From: Paraphysomonas bandaiensis | Lineage: Eukaryota > Protista > Chrysophyceae | Assembly: GCA_965644295.1 (NCBI GenBank) | Contig: CBFFRP010000089.1 | Span: forward strand, 62,001 to 126,000 | Direction: 5' to 3' | Length of the DNA: 64,000 bases | Notes under the pieces: generated by a model | Told to the model about the DNA's origin: nothing | The model's input: only the letters and a program-made list of their open reading frames with translations | Database searches by the model: none | Program-made: the position numbers and the translations under genes | Shown here: positions 1-11,200 of the stretch, piece by piece | How the letters are laid out: every line of letters starts with the position of its first letter | Position numbering within the stretch: the first letter of the stretch is position 1

Positions 1-3000
1 AAGGAAGATATCACATCCTCATTTTCAGGACTCTCGTATATTGCCCAAGCTTCTAGAATTCTCGGCACATTGCGCTGCAAAATACCCGCCGAGATATTCT
101 CCGAAACAGTAACAAGATGTTCAACAAGTTTATACATGCACAACTGCCACGCTGGATCAGAACAAAATATGTCACGATTTCTTGAATTGTGCTTGATAAG
201 CGCAAGAAGGTCTTGGTACACTCTATCACGAATACTGTTAGACATATCAGGAATTAAATGAAAAAATGCCTTCAAAGCAGCAGGGTTCTGTATTTCAGAG
301 CTTTCATCAATACGTCTCAGTAATGTATCTGAGCCTTTGGATTGCAGTAATGTACGACCAGAAGACGATGAACAACCAATGGAAAATATGTTCAGGGCAC
401 TTGAAGATATCTGTGTTTCCGACGTGGTAGTCGTCAAAAGCATATCTAGAAGTGCAGTATACGTCATATCTGTGGCATTTACTTTCTCAGAGCCCAAATA
501 GTGGCATAACAACGACATTCCACCACACATTCGCAACAACTCCAACCCTTGCCCTTCCGCCATAGATGCGTACTTCTCTCGAGCTTTTGCTAATTTTAAA
601 CTAAACTTTCGACGAGCATAAACATTGAGAAGAGCAGGGGCAAGTACTTCAACCCGTAAATAGTAATGAGTTAACAGTGCGATTGCACTACATCGCAGGT
701 GTTCATACGAATGATTGATGAAGTTCGTGAGAACATAAGAGCCAAAGCTCTCTATACCCCTGGCAACTTCAGTGAGGGCATTGACTATTTTTCTTCCCTG
801 CTCCTTTACTATCAAACAGAGAAGTAGTTGAATAACTTCCTCCAGCACAACATGGTCCATACAGGTACTTGTAAAGTAATATATAGGTCGAATCTGTGAT
901 ACATTTAAGCCATTGAATACCATCACCATTACCATGGAGAACAAAGAATCACGAAGAGATTTTCTTTGGCACGCCGTCAGTTTAGTGACAGGATTATCTT
1001 GGTTTATGTCGTCAGATAACTCCATCTTTTTACTATTGTCTTCAGTAACTTGAGATCCACTTTCAGTTTCAGAATCATCACTATCAGTACAATCCACAAA
1101 ACGTTGAGATGAATCGAAATGGCAGCTTGTTTTCCTACTAATTTCTCGCACTAAAGGTACACGAGACTGACATGGCACCGGCCCTGAAGATCCGGACACA
1201 ACTTGTTCTGAAGTGCTTTCAACACCTGCAGAAAGTGCTGCATTTATATCAATTTCGCTCATACGCCTATTCACACTCTGTTTAAAGGATGCCGAAGATC
1301 TTGATGCCGATCGCGTTTTCTTGTCTAATGTCACAGTTCTCCCTGCTTCACCTTCTTTACTATCAATAATATCTGTCTGAGTGCTATTTCCCACACTGTC
1401 TAAATAGTAAGTGCTAACACTATCCAGAATTAACTGAACACCAATAACTCCCATAAACGCTTCTGTTTGAGCCTGCAAACTGGCAAGAATTACCGAATAT
1501 AGCGAACTTTGTAATGAGAAAGATGCACATGACCAAATTTTAAAATTACACAACAACTGCTTCGTCACAGCTGCTTCAAGAGGTGGGAAATCTTGAGTAG
1601 CAGAGCGCAATTTAAGTAAAGCCAGAATGCAACTTTCATCTTCTTCTTTCAAGATGTAAGCTCCCAATGGCATGCCTGTAAGAATGTATTCCACCATATC
1701 CACTCCCCCAAGGCGGAAAAAATCATTTCGGTTTACTCGGTGCTGATTTACACACCCAGCAATTATAAACAAGAGAAGTGCAATAGGCTTATCTTCTTGA
1801 AACTCATCCTTGTCACATACCAGAGCTTGAATAGTCTTGACGTCAAGTACATTGAGGATGTCATCCTCGCAAAGAACTTCGATAATTGAAGTTCCTAAAC
1901 CCACATTTGTGAATTGCATTGCGGGCAGTTGTCGTCTCTGCGCTGTCAAAGACATTCCATCATCTATAACCTCCCATATAGCTTTCCCCGAACCAACACC
2001 ATATTGTTTGATTACACTTTGACGGATATCTTCATTTTCGATTAACAACTTCGGAAAGAGTGGCAACAGACAAGAGATACCACCCAATGATATTAAAGCA
2101 TTACGAACTGAGTATACATGCCACACTCTAGTTTTAGGACTGAGTGAACCATTTCTGTTGTTATGAACATCAATTGCAACACCATCCGAACAGCGGAGAG
2201 GATGATAAACACTTAAGAGCTTTCCACTTAACGATGTTGACTTCTTATCAGGTGTCGTAATTAGAGGCACGAGATCGGGCGACGAGGCAAAAGGAAATTG
2301 ATCATTGTACCTCCCCGCATCTTGCCGTGCAATAACTTGAACAGTACTCTGTTGTACTACTTCCGACAGCAAACATATAGGGCCTATTTGCCCATTAAAA
2401 TAGCTACCAAGTGATGTATCACATGTAGAACTATCGCAGTGTGGAAAAGGAACAGCTTCCTGGCACACCAGTTGATGGTCGATGTGAACAGAGAGTTCAC
2501 TTCTGCCAAACATTGATATTCGAGGTTTCGTATGGGTTATGCATACATGATACCACACCGCAGGATAAAGCGGAAAGTCGTCACAATGAACTACAACGGT
2601 TTCACCAGCTTGGCTAGTGACGCTCACATGCAAAACCCGATCACGTAAAAAAACATCTAGACATGGACTGCTGTATCCAAAGGTAACAATACGCTGGTCA
2701 TGAGCTTCAGTTTGCTCGCAGTGCTCGATTCGAGCCCACAGCATTATTTGATATTCTCTTTGGAAAGGAAAGCGAAAAGGGTCAATACGAATACCTAACT
2801 CACAGCCCCCGAAATTGAAAAAAGACGGAGGCGATGCTTTCACAATGCCGTTATCCACATTCAATATTGACTTTAATACCTGCAGAAGTGAAATCGAGAA
2901 TTCGGATGGAACTTTAAGTAAACTCAGAAAAGATTTCAGGTCTGGTGGAGACACGCCGCCAGTACACACTAATCCTATCAACCGAATTATACGCTTGCCA

Positions 3001-3476
3001 ATTCCAATATCATGTATATCTCCACAACTTAACAAATCGAAGAGAATCTCCACGACAGTGTTATCATCACACTCACAGCACCGAAATCGAGATACATCGT
3101 AGATACTTCGATTAAGAATCAAGATTGACACATCCAGTATAGTCTTCTGGAGCTCAAGTGGCAGCGAAGTAAACAATGCCTTATTTGAAAAAAGTTGATA
3201 GAGTATTGCACTTCCACCAATCTTGAAAAGCGTAAAATGTCAGCCACACAACACTTGAAATTTCAATTACTACCTTAAGTGTAAAGTTATCAGGAAAATG
3301 GAGTCTGTCGTCGTCAATCCTAATCTAAATCACGAGTAAAACACAAGCCAAAAACACACCAAAGACCTCACCAGAGGAGAAAGCACATGTTCATATATTT
3401 GGACAACAGCATACAGCCAGTGCTGTGATTTAACGTTCAAACCAAAACACTCCTCGAAGGTGTCTCTCCAGTCCAT
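1..3476 (-). CDS. Neurobeachin/BEACH-family protein, N-terminal part (ConA-like/laminin-G plus DUF4704-like region); runs off the window start
   Basis: ATG at 3476 (MDWRDTFEECFG), short GT-AG introns, then a long minus-strand frame reading SFFNFGG...WYHVCITH...LSVHIDHQL...FNGQIGPICL...VYHP...ALISLGGISCLLPLF, the order typical of NBEA/LRBA-type N-termini. The BEACH domain itself is not in the window. Confidence 0.75.
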
Positions 3477-4144
3477 ATTGCGTTTTATTCACGCAAATTG
3501 ACTGCACTAATTTACCTGGCCGAAGTTCAACTCAGACAGTATGAGGAGCCAATCACAGACGAATCTTCATTCCATATCAATCTAAAGACCGACTACCCAT
3601 TAGTCATGGTTTACCATACCCTATAGGTAGTTACTATAAGTGGGAATACATGCAAGAGGAGGAGGATGCCTGCTATCTTTACTCAGATTCAATGAAACAC
3701 TACCATTTGTAAGGAGATGGTGTCAATCGCATAGCACAATAGCGCCTTCTTGTCAAAAAATGTACAAATAGGCGGTTTTTATGTACACTGGAGATGGTAA
3801 ATTACAGCACCATAACATATTATGGCACTATTCCTATTAAAAATGACAATTTTTACATCGAAATTGTCATATACATATCGAAAACTCCCCATTTTTGCTA
3901 TCTATAAATTATTCTCCATCATATTTTCAGTTTTCGAAATATACGTCGTTTCGAGATCCTTGATATTTCTATAATCTATACAATTCGCGAGTGTATTTTA
4001 GTTCCAGCCAAATACAGCGCTGATCAGTGTGGTGTATGTAGCTGATACTGTTGGAGGTGTTGATATTGGAACAGCTCATAGCATTAAGTAGCAAATAGGA
4101 AGGTCATTTTGTGTTGGAAGGGTTTCTAGCAACCAAATTTGTAG

Positions 4145-5297
4145 ATGGTGTCTATATCTGACCTCGATGAGCAAATCGAGAGACTTAAGCGCTGTGAATA
4201 CCTTAAGGAATCTGAAGTAAAAGCCTTGTGTGACAAAGCCCGTGAAATATTAATCGACGAGAGCAATGTACAGCGAGTTGATGCCCCAGTAACCGTACGT
4301 TCTTATTGTAGTAAATTTTTTAGTTTCAGTTTTTAACTTATGATGTAGATTTGTGGTGATATTCATGGACAGTTTTATGATCTTATCGAATTATTCAAAG
4401 TGGGCGGCGAGTGTCCGTATACCAACTATTTGTTTCTTGGAGACTTTGTTGATCGCGGCTATTACAGTGTGGAGACGTTTCTGTTACTTCTGGCTTTGAA
4501 AGTAGGAATATTATTTTTATATATGACGTAGCTAAGCGTTTGTAGGTCAGATACCCCGACAGAATAACTTTAATTCGAGGCAACCATGAATCCAGACAGA
4601 TTACCCAAGTATATGGGTTTTATGATGAATGCCTTCGAAAATATGGGTCTGTAAATGTTTGGCGATATTGTACTGAAATATTCGACTACCTCAGCTTATC
4701 TGCTATTATTGACGACAAAATATTTTGTGTTCATGGTGGTCTCTCTCCCGCAATAAATACATTGGATCAGGTAGACTTACATCAATGCACCGTTATTCCT
4801 CTTAGTATCGGTATTTTAGATTCGTGTAATCGACAGAAAGCAGGAAGTCCCTCACGACGGTGCAATGTGCGATCTGATGTGGTCAGATCCGGAAGATATT
4901 GAGGGGTGGGGACTCTCTCCCCGAGGCGCCGGATATCTATTTGGGGGAGATGTTGTTGCCAAATTCAACGAAGTCAACCATCTTGATCTCGTTGCGAGAG
5001 CTCACCAGCTTGTTATGGAAGGTTACAAAACTATGTTTCCAACTAAGGGAAGTGGTAGAGCTGGGCAGCAGCCTGTGGACAGCCTTGTAACAGTGTGGTC
5101 GGCCCCCAACTACTGCTATCGATGTGGAAATGTGGCCGCTATATTGGAGTTGGATGAGCACCTTGATCAACACTTTAAGGTCTGTACATATTTTGAATGA
5201 TACCAGCGTAACATACGTATTTTAGATATTTGAAGCTGCACCCCAAGAAGCACGAGGAGTTCCCTCCAAGAATCCTACTCCGGACTATTTTTTGTAA
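4145..5297 (+). CDS. PPP4C: Serine/threonine protein phosphatase 4 catalytic subunit
   Basis: Spliced exons give [36 protein letters not shown] and C-terminal DYFL-stop. N-terminus [25 protein letters not shown] is PP4-like. Confidence 0.93.
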
Positions 5298-5900
5298 ATG
5301 TCGCAGTATCTCTGGTATGGACTATTCTGTTATGGGTTGGTTGGATTGGTGTGTGTGTTCGTTGTGGAGTATAACAGTGATGCTGAAATGTGCATCACCG
5401 TATGTTCACGGTTGAGTATGAATATATTCAAACTTCGCTATTCAATTAACGTTCTATGCATGCACCGGCATATTTAATAACAAGCTTATATTATTTCTGG
5501 TATCCGTTTTATACACACTGTTAAGTTACCATAAATCGTAACTCATGTCGCCAACTTCACTAAATTTCAAATTTAATAAACTGGGCATTTGCATGTCACG
5601 GGATAAGTTGCAATATAACCTAGAGAACAGAGTATCACCCCTTGTTTCAAAAACATTGAGTGCGGGACAGTACACCCACCTCCTTAGGGTATATATTATT
5701 GGATCTATAGTCAAGTTGGTGTAATTTACTTGTCAATTGATGTAAAAACCTAGTAAAGTGGTTGGTGGCAGGGCCAGGTAAAAATATGTTGCAATATACA
5801 ATCAGTAATATTCTTACTACAATAAATATATAATAATATACACTGATATATATAGTTCATGCTTGTATGTCTTTAAAAATATATTTTATTAATCATAAAT

Positions 5901-6116
5901 CAGGGCGAAACTCACAAACAACGTTAAGAGCGGAAGTGGTCGCACCTTGGTGCTTACGGCGACGCACAAGCAGCTTCTGTAGCGTTAAATAGTAAGATAA
6001 TAGAATTTGTGCTGATTAGTTATGGGTAGCGGTCTATCTAGTATGTCTAGCATTCAACTAGCCACTATTTTGGTGCAGGTTTTTAACGCCTATTGCTAAA
6101 TAATAAGACTTTAATA
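5901..6116 (+). mobile_element. 5'-truncated non-LTR retrotransposon 3' end
   Basis: 14-bp TSD TATTAATCATAAAT (5887-5900, 6117-6130). Matches the 3' end of the 17206-17846 fragment, including AAACTCACAA.CAAC.TTAAGA.CGGAAGTGGT, and ends in the TAATAAGACTTT tail. Confidence 0.85.
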
Positions 6117-6253
6117 TATTAATCATAAATTACTCCTCATAATCACGTAACTCATCTGTTATTATTATATCGAACAATTCTGATAATTACCTTAACACTA
6201 TTCATGTCCGGTATTAGAATTCGTACTGTCTCTGTCAAGCTATATCTATAAGT

Positions 6254-6342
6254 GCCCTCAACAAAGTCGGACTCTCACCTTTTCGTGGTGTTCTGGGGGA
6301 TAAGTACCGGAGAGATTCTCTCTGGGAAACTAACGTGAGCCG
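6254..6342 (+). ncRNA. Putative HDV-like self-cleaving ribozyme at the 5' end of the retroelement
   Basis: P3 ACC/GGT around L3 TTTTCGT (6280-6286). P4 CCGGAGA/TCTCTGG. J4/2 C-TAA (C6330). P2 CTC.C/GTGAG. The 5' CCCTCA pairs with TGGGGG. Confidence 0.55.
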
Positions 6343-6738
6343 CAAACACAGTCAGCAGATATTCTTCTGCCCACTCATAGCCGAATGCTTGTGTGGTATA
6401 AGGGACACCAATAAGTGTCACTTGTGTAGACGTCTTTGGGCCCTGACGAATAAACAGGCATCCGGAAATGGGCCCACCTGAAGGGTAACCGGGGTATTGG
6501 GCTGCCTGCTGAAGTCAAGCATCCGGGATGTTCACCTTAAGAACTCAGAACGGAAGTGGTTGCACCTTGGTGCTTGCGGCGACGCACAAGCAGCTTTCGT
6601 AGCGCTAAATAGTAGGATAATAGAGTTTGTACTGATTAGTTACAGGTAGAGGTCTAACTAGTATGTCTAGCATTCATCTAGCTACTAAATCGGTGCAGGT
6701 TTTTAACGCCTATTGCTAAAAATAAAAGACTTTCAATA
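6255..6738 (+). mobile_element. Bipartite non-autonomous retroelement (SINE-like): structured 5' head plus LINE-derived 3' tail
   Basis: 13-bp TSD ATATCTATAAGTG (6242-6254, 6739-6751). Highly similar to 46376-46829, with a ~32-nt extra segment near 6395-6425. The last ~190 nt are shared with the LINE-like copies. Confidence 0.9.
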
Positions 6739-7914
6739 ATATCTATAAGTGGTTGGAATGGATCATCACGGACGACCTTCCTTTGTTGACAAATGTCTGG
6801 CCAGGTGAGAGCCAAGATTATTATGACACGCCTGCGACAAGGACCTCCACGATGCCTCGAACTTCTGCTGTTCCTTCGGTTCAACAAGCTCTTGTGGTCC
6901 GCGAAGACAATGCAACAGGTCATCGATGATGAGCAGTCCGGCCATGATGAGAATGAGGACGACAGTGATGAAGAGCTGAAATGCTTAGAGTACAAAAGTT
7001 TCTGCGTTGTTATTGGGTTTTCATCATCATCATGTATGTTGTAACCTCTACTAACTAGTTACTACCTATCGAGCTAAAATATAAGATGTTTTCTTCATCG
7101 CGCCCAAAATATAAAATATATATCAATATATTGCAATATCAACCCGAGATGGTTGGAGAATTTAGTAAATAGCGACTCATATTATTAAGTCCAGAGCTAC
7201 ATTACAAATTCTAGATACAACCGTTCTCATGTAATAATCAGACATTTCTATATATTATTGCTATATATATTTAATATTGGTCTTTAAAATATTATGATTT
7301 CTACTGGCACTATATTTCAATATATATATATTGTTATCGGGCCCTGGTTGGTGGAGTTCTGTCTATGATACTATATATCTCTTTTCTGTTCTCTAACTTT
7401 ACTATGACCTTAATCTATGTGGCGTTAGTTTGTAACCTGCTGTGTGACTGCAATGTTCTGTAATGCGTAGTTATATGCGAGTACAAGTTATGACTAGAGA
7501 CTTGTAATATATATATAACTAAAATTGACTAGTATGTATTTCCACCGAAAACAGTGTGACTAGGTTAAATAATATTTCCTCTTCTTAGTGCCTGTGCTTA
7601 AATAGATATATATAAAAGTGTAGTTATAAAATTTTCTTGTGGACTTGAGGAGGGAATTCGATCAGTACATGATTATTCGATCAGTGCCCCTATAAATATT
7701 TATTTATTATATATATTATTCCATAACAAATATTAGAAAATAAATTAATTCGAGAGTGTAATACGATGTAATATATATATATAATAAATATTGGTGCGCC
7801 ATATTAGCATATATGCATATATTGGATACTTATAATAGATAGCGGTGACACTTATAGGCAGTATATATTATCTATAGGTTGCAGGAACACTAAAATAGTA
7901 GGCTAACAAGTACT

Positions 7915-8024
7915 ACACCTATAGGTAAGTGTTTTAAAGCGATTATTAGATATAAAAAAATAGGACCACCTATAGCTGGTCTTGCCACCTGTAGGTGGTC
8001 CTGTATTTTAAACCCTATAGGTGT
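7915..8024. repeat. Nested imperfect palindrome (fold-back), possibly a MITE remnant
   Basis: Outer arms ACACCTATAGG (7915-7925) / CCTATAGGTGT (8014-8024). Inner 14-bp stem AGGACCACCTATAG (7962-7975) / CTGTAGGTGGTCCT (7989-8002). Confidence 0.6.
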
Positions 8025-8298
8025 TATACCTAGATAGCTTCATAGGAAATGTACATTTTCTGTTAATGCAGAATGACAGATTTACTGACTTGGTATCGTG
8101 TAACAAAAATGTTGTAATAATAAGGCATTTTGTAATAATTAAATTAAGACTACACGACACAAGCATCTTCGTTAAATGGTACACAGAATCATACTATATA
8201 AGACATATTGCTGCATGCAATTGTTCTGAATAAATTATGCAAGTGTTAACAAAGTGCGCGTCATACTTATCGAACAAATTCTATTCAAAGGTGGAAAC

Positions 8299-11200
8299 TT
8301 ACGTGCCATTTCCTGATGCATTAGGTGACGATCGAGAGCTTTTACCATTTTTCTTTGCTGTCATACTCTCAGAAACCCGACGATGCAATCGGGAAAACAC
8401 ATTCTTTTCCTTCGGGACCTCTTTTTCTTTATCTCTGTGCTGTGGGAATGACGCAGATCTAGGCGAGCTAACTGGGGGTGGTGGCGGAGGAAGATCACTA
8501 GTTTTTATAGTATCTGTAGATGCTCTGTCTCGGTTAATTACTCTTTTTGAGCTACGATTGGCTTGTTGCTGAGGTGATAGCTTTCCTTTTCCTTCATCAC
8601 CAGTTGTGGACCGCCCAGGGGAATCTGGAAGGTGTGTGCGACGGCGGTGAATACCAGTAAATTTACTCGGATTTAGCAGACGTGTAAATACATTCTCTTC
8701 GCCTTTTTGTCCAGATACTGTATCGGATCTGCTTCCAGGAGAAGAAGACACACGATCAGATTGAGGCTTGTCAGTTGGGCTATGACCACGATAGGAATTG
8801 CGCACACCCTCCCGTGATTTGGTCCGCGTTGTACTAGTCTCCGTCACACTAACGTCTTTTTCGTGGACAGAATGATCAGTTGGAACAGATAAACTAAGGC
8901 TATCACTGTGTAGGTCATCTGCTTCCTCTCCTGCCACTACAACCGAGTTCCCGCGGCTATCTTCTTTTCGCTTTTTATGCGCCAGAGAACCTTCTTTAAT
9001 TTGCTGTACCTTTGCTCTATTTGATTCTACATCTTTCTCAAAGATATTTTTCTGGGTGCCAGTGAAATTTGAAGGATTGGTCAATCGTTCAAATATGTCA
9101 TTTTGACCCATTGTGTCTGCTGGGCGCCCGTTAGATTTTTCCGTTATGCTCACCGAGCCAGTTCTAAGTATTTCATCTCCCAGTGTGGAAAACTCCCCCA
9201 AAAGTGCTGAATCAACAGTGTTGACTCCATCTGTTGATTCGTCCGAATCGGAATACTCATCAGCATCGCGCACCTCCTTTATGATCTTTTCCCCAATTCC
9301 ACCGTCAAGATTCTTCAGTCTCGTTCTGAAATCTTCTACCATTTCGCGCAACATGCGGCATTCATCTTCTAAAAATGTATTTTCTCGTTGCTTCGAATCA
9401 ATGTCTTCTTTCATTTGTTTTCGCTCTACCACATACTCATCAATACACCTCTCCAGCTCCCGCACGCGCGCCTCTTCTCTAGTCAAGTGCGATTTCAGCG
9501 ATACAGCCCTCTCGTGTGCTAGAGCAACCATTGCCTTATATCGGTCCTCTGTATTGTCACCAGATTGTCCAGCAGCACTAACTGCTCGAAAACTTCTCAT
9601 TCTCGACGACGGTGACAAAGGCTCAGCATTGAACGGATTGTCGGATGCCGCTGAATCCGTACGGAAAACTGCAGTCTCCCCAGACATTCGTGGGGACATC
9701 GACACACTTCTAGAAAGAGACATCTCGCTGTTAGAAGACTCCGAAGATATAACCTGTCCGAGGTTACTGTGATTAAACAATCCAGCTAGCTTCTCTTCAT
9801 AGTCTCTCTCAACTCTGGCAAGTTCTTTATCATGGTGTCTTAACGCAGAATTAATACGTGCTTGTGCGTCCTCAAGATCCTCTTGTAAACGAAATTCACG
9901 TTGACGGGACGCTTCAAGTTTTTCCTTGTTACTTCTCGCTGACTTCCTAGTGGAGACAAGGATATCAAACAGCAGGTGAATCAATTGATGTGCAGCAGGA
10001 AGTGAACTCGCTGAATTTTGCTTTAGCATTTCGATCGTCATCTGATGCGACTCTTCAGCATCCCGACTAGCCTTAAGTTTCTTTTCCATGCGTGCAATTT
10101 CAGCATTGCGAAATTTTAATTGACTTTCCAGTTTAGATATTTTCGCTTCCACATCAGCAAGAGCTTCCTCTTCGTCAGCAGTAAGCGCAACCTCTTTATA
10201 TTCACTACTACCCTCCTGACTGATGGAGAGTCTCTTAGCATTCACAATGACAGACCGCAATGGCTCCCGTAAATCCTCCAATTGCTTCTTTTTATTTATC
10301 AATGCTAACTGCTGCTCACATTGAAGCCTGAGTGCCTCTGCAGCATCTTCACGAGCAGCAATACCACGCACTTGCTTGTCCAACCACTTTTTTGTCTTAA
10401 GCTCTTCTTCTGAAAGTACACGACCACCAGACTTTGGTGTATTTCGTAATATTCGTCGTGTCTCACGAGAAGATAAGGTCTTCGATGATGTCGAATTCTC
10501 GGTTGGGCTACTACGCAGGGTGTTGGATGATCTACTTAATCGCTTCCGCCGCACAACATTGTCACGTATTATTTCCTTCACTTTTACCTCTGCTTGCTCT
10601 TTCTCCCGACCAAGCTTCTGTACCTTCGTCATAGCTCGCGACAGCTCTCTCCGGAGTTGGTCAATTTCCTTAGCTTTCTTATTCAGAGCAGACAAATGTT
10701 CTTTCTTCTCGAACTGCAACTTCCGTGCCAGCTCCACCCGCTGACGTTTCATTGACACTATGTCCGATTCGAGTTTACGGAGCTGTTCCGCCGATCGAGA
10801 TTGTACCTTGGACAAGTGACTCAGTTCAGCTTGTCGCTTTCGAAGTGCCTGCAATTCACTATCTTTGTCATGCAACTTTCGCCTCAATTGGTCTTCTCTG
10901 GCTTGCTTCACAGTAGCAATCTCGTTACGTAGTGATAATTCATGCAGTTCCTCTAGTACTCTCTGCTTTTCAGCCTCTTTTGTCTCCATTTGTTGGCATA
11001 ATGCTTGTAACTTTTCCTCATAAAAGGTTTTCATAGCAGCGTACTGCTTTTGACTGCGATGTAGTTGTAAAACAAGCTGCTCCTTGAGCTGTATGGAGTC
11101 GTTGAGCTCGCTGAATTCTGCAGCCATAATTTTCTGACGGCGTTGGAATATTCTATCTTTCTCCGCCATGTTCTCGTTACCACTCTCGCCACTAGTCAGA

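Larger units (their letters stand above)
5769..7346 (+). mobile_element. Non-autonomous hAT DNA transposon containing two nested retro-insertions
   Basis: Imperfect TIRs CAGGGCCAGGTAAAAATAT / revcomp CAGGGCCCGATAACAATAT. Exact 8-bp TSD GTTGGTGG at 5761-5768 and 7347-7354. Transposase C-terminal remnant RAKIIMTRLRQ...LELLLFLRFNKLLW at ~6805-6900. Confidence 0.9.

Noticed and set aside
6438-6480. Hammerhead-like CTGACGA...GAAA in the retroelement head
   Set aside because: No stem II or stem III/UH site can be formed, and the 46376 copy lacks the GAAA.
9113-10916. Plus-strand ORFs of 60-220 aa overlapping the kinesin, and similar antisense ORFs over other genes
   Set aside because: Shadow frames opposite well-supported genes.
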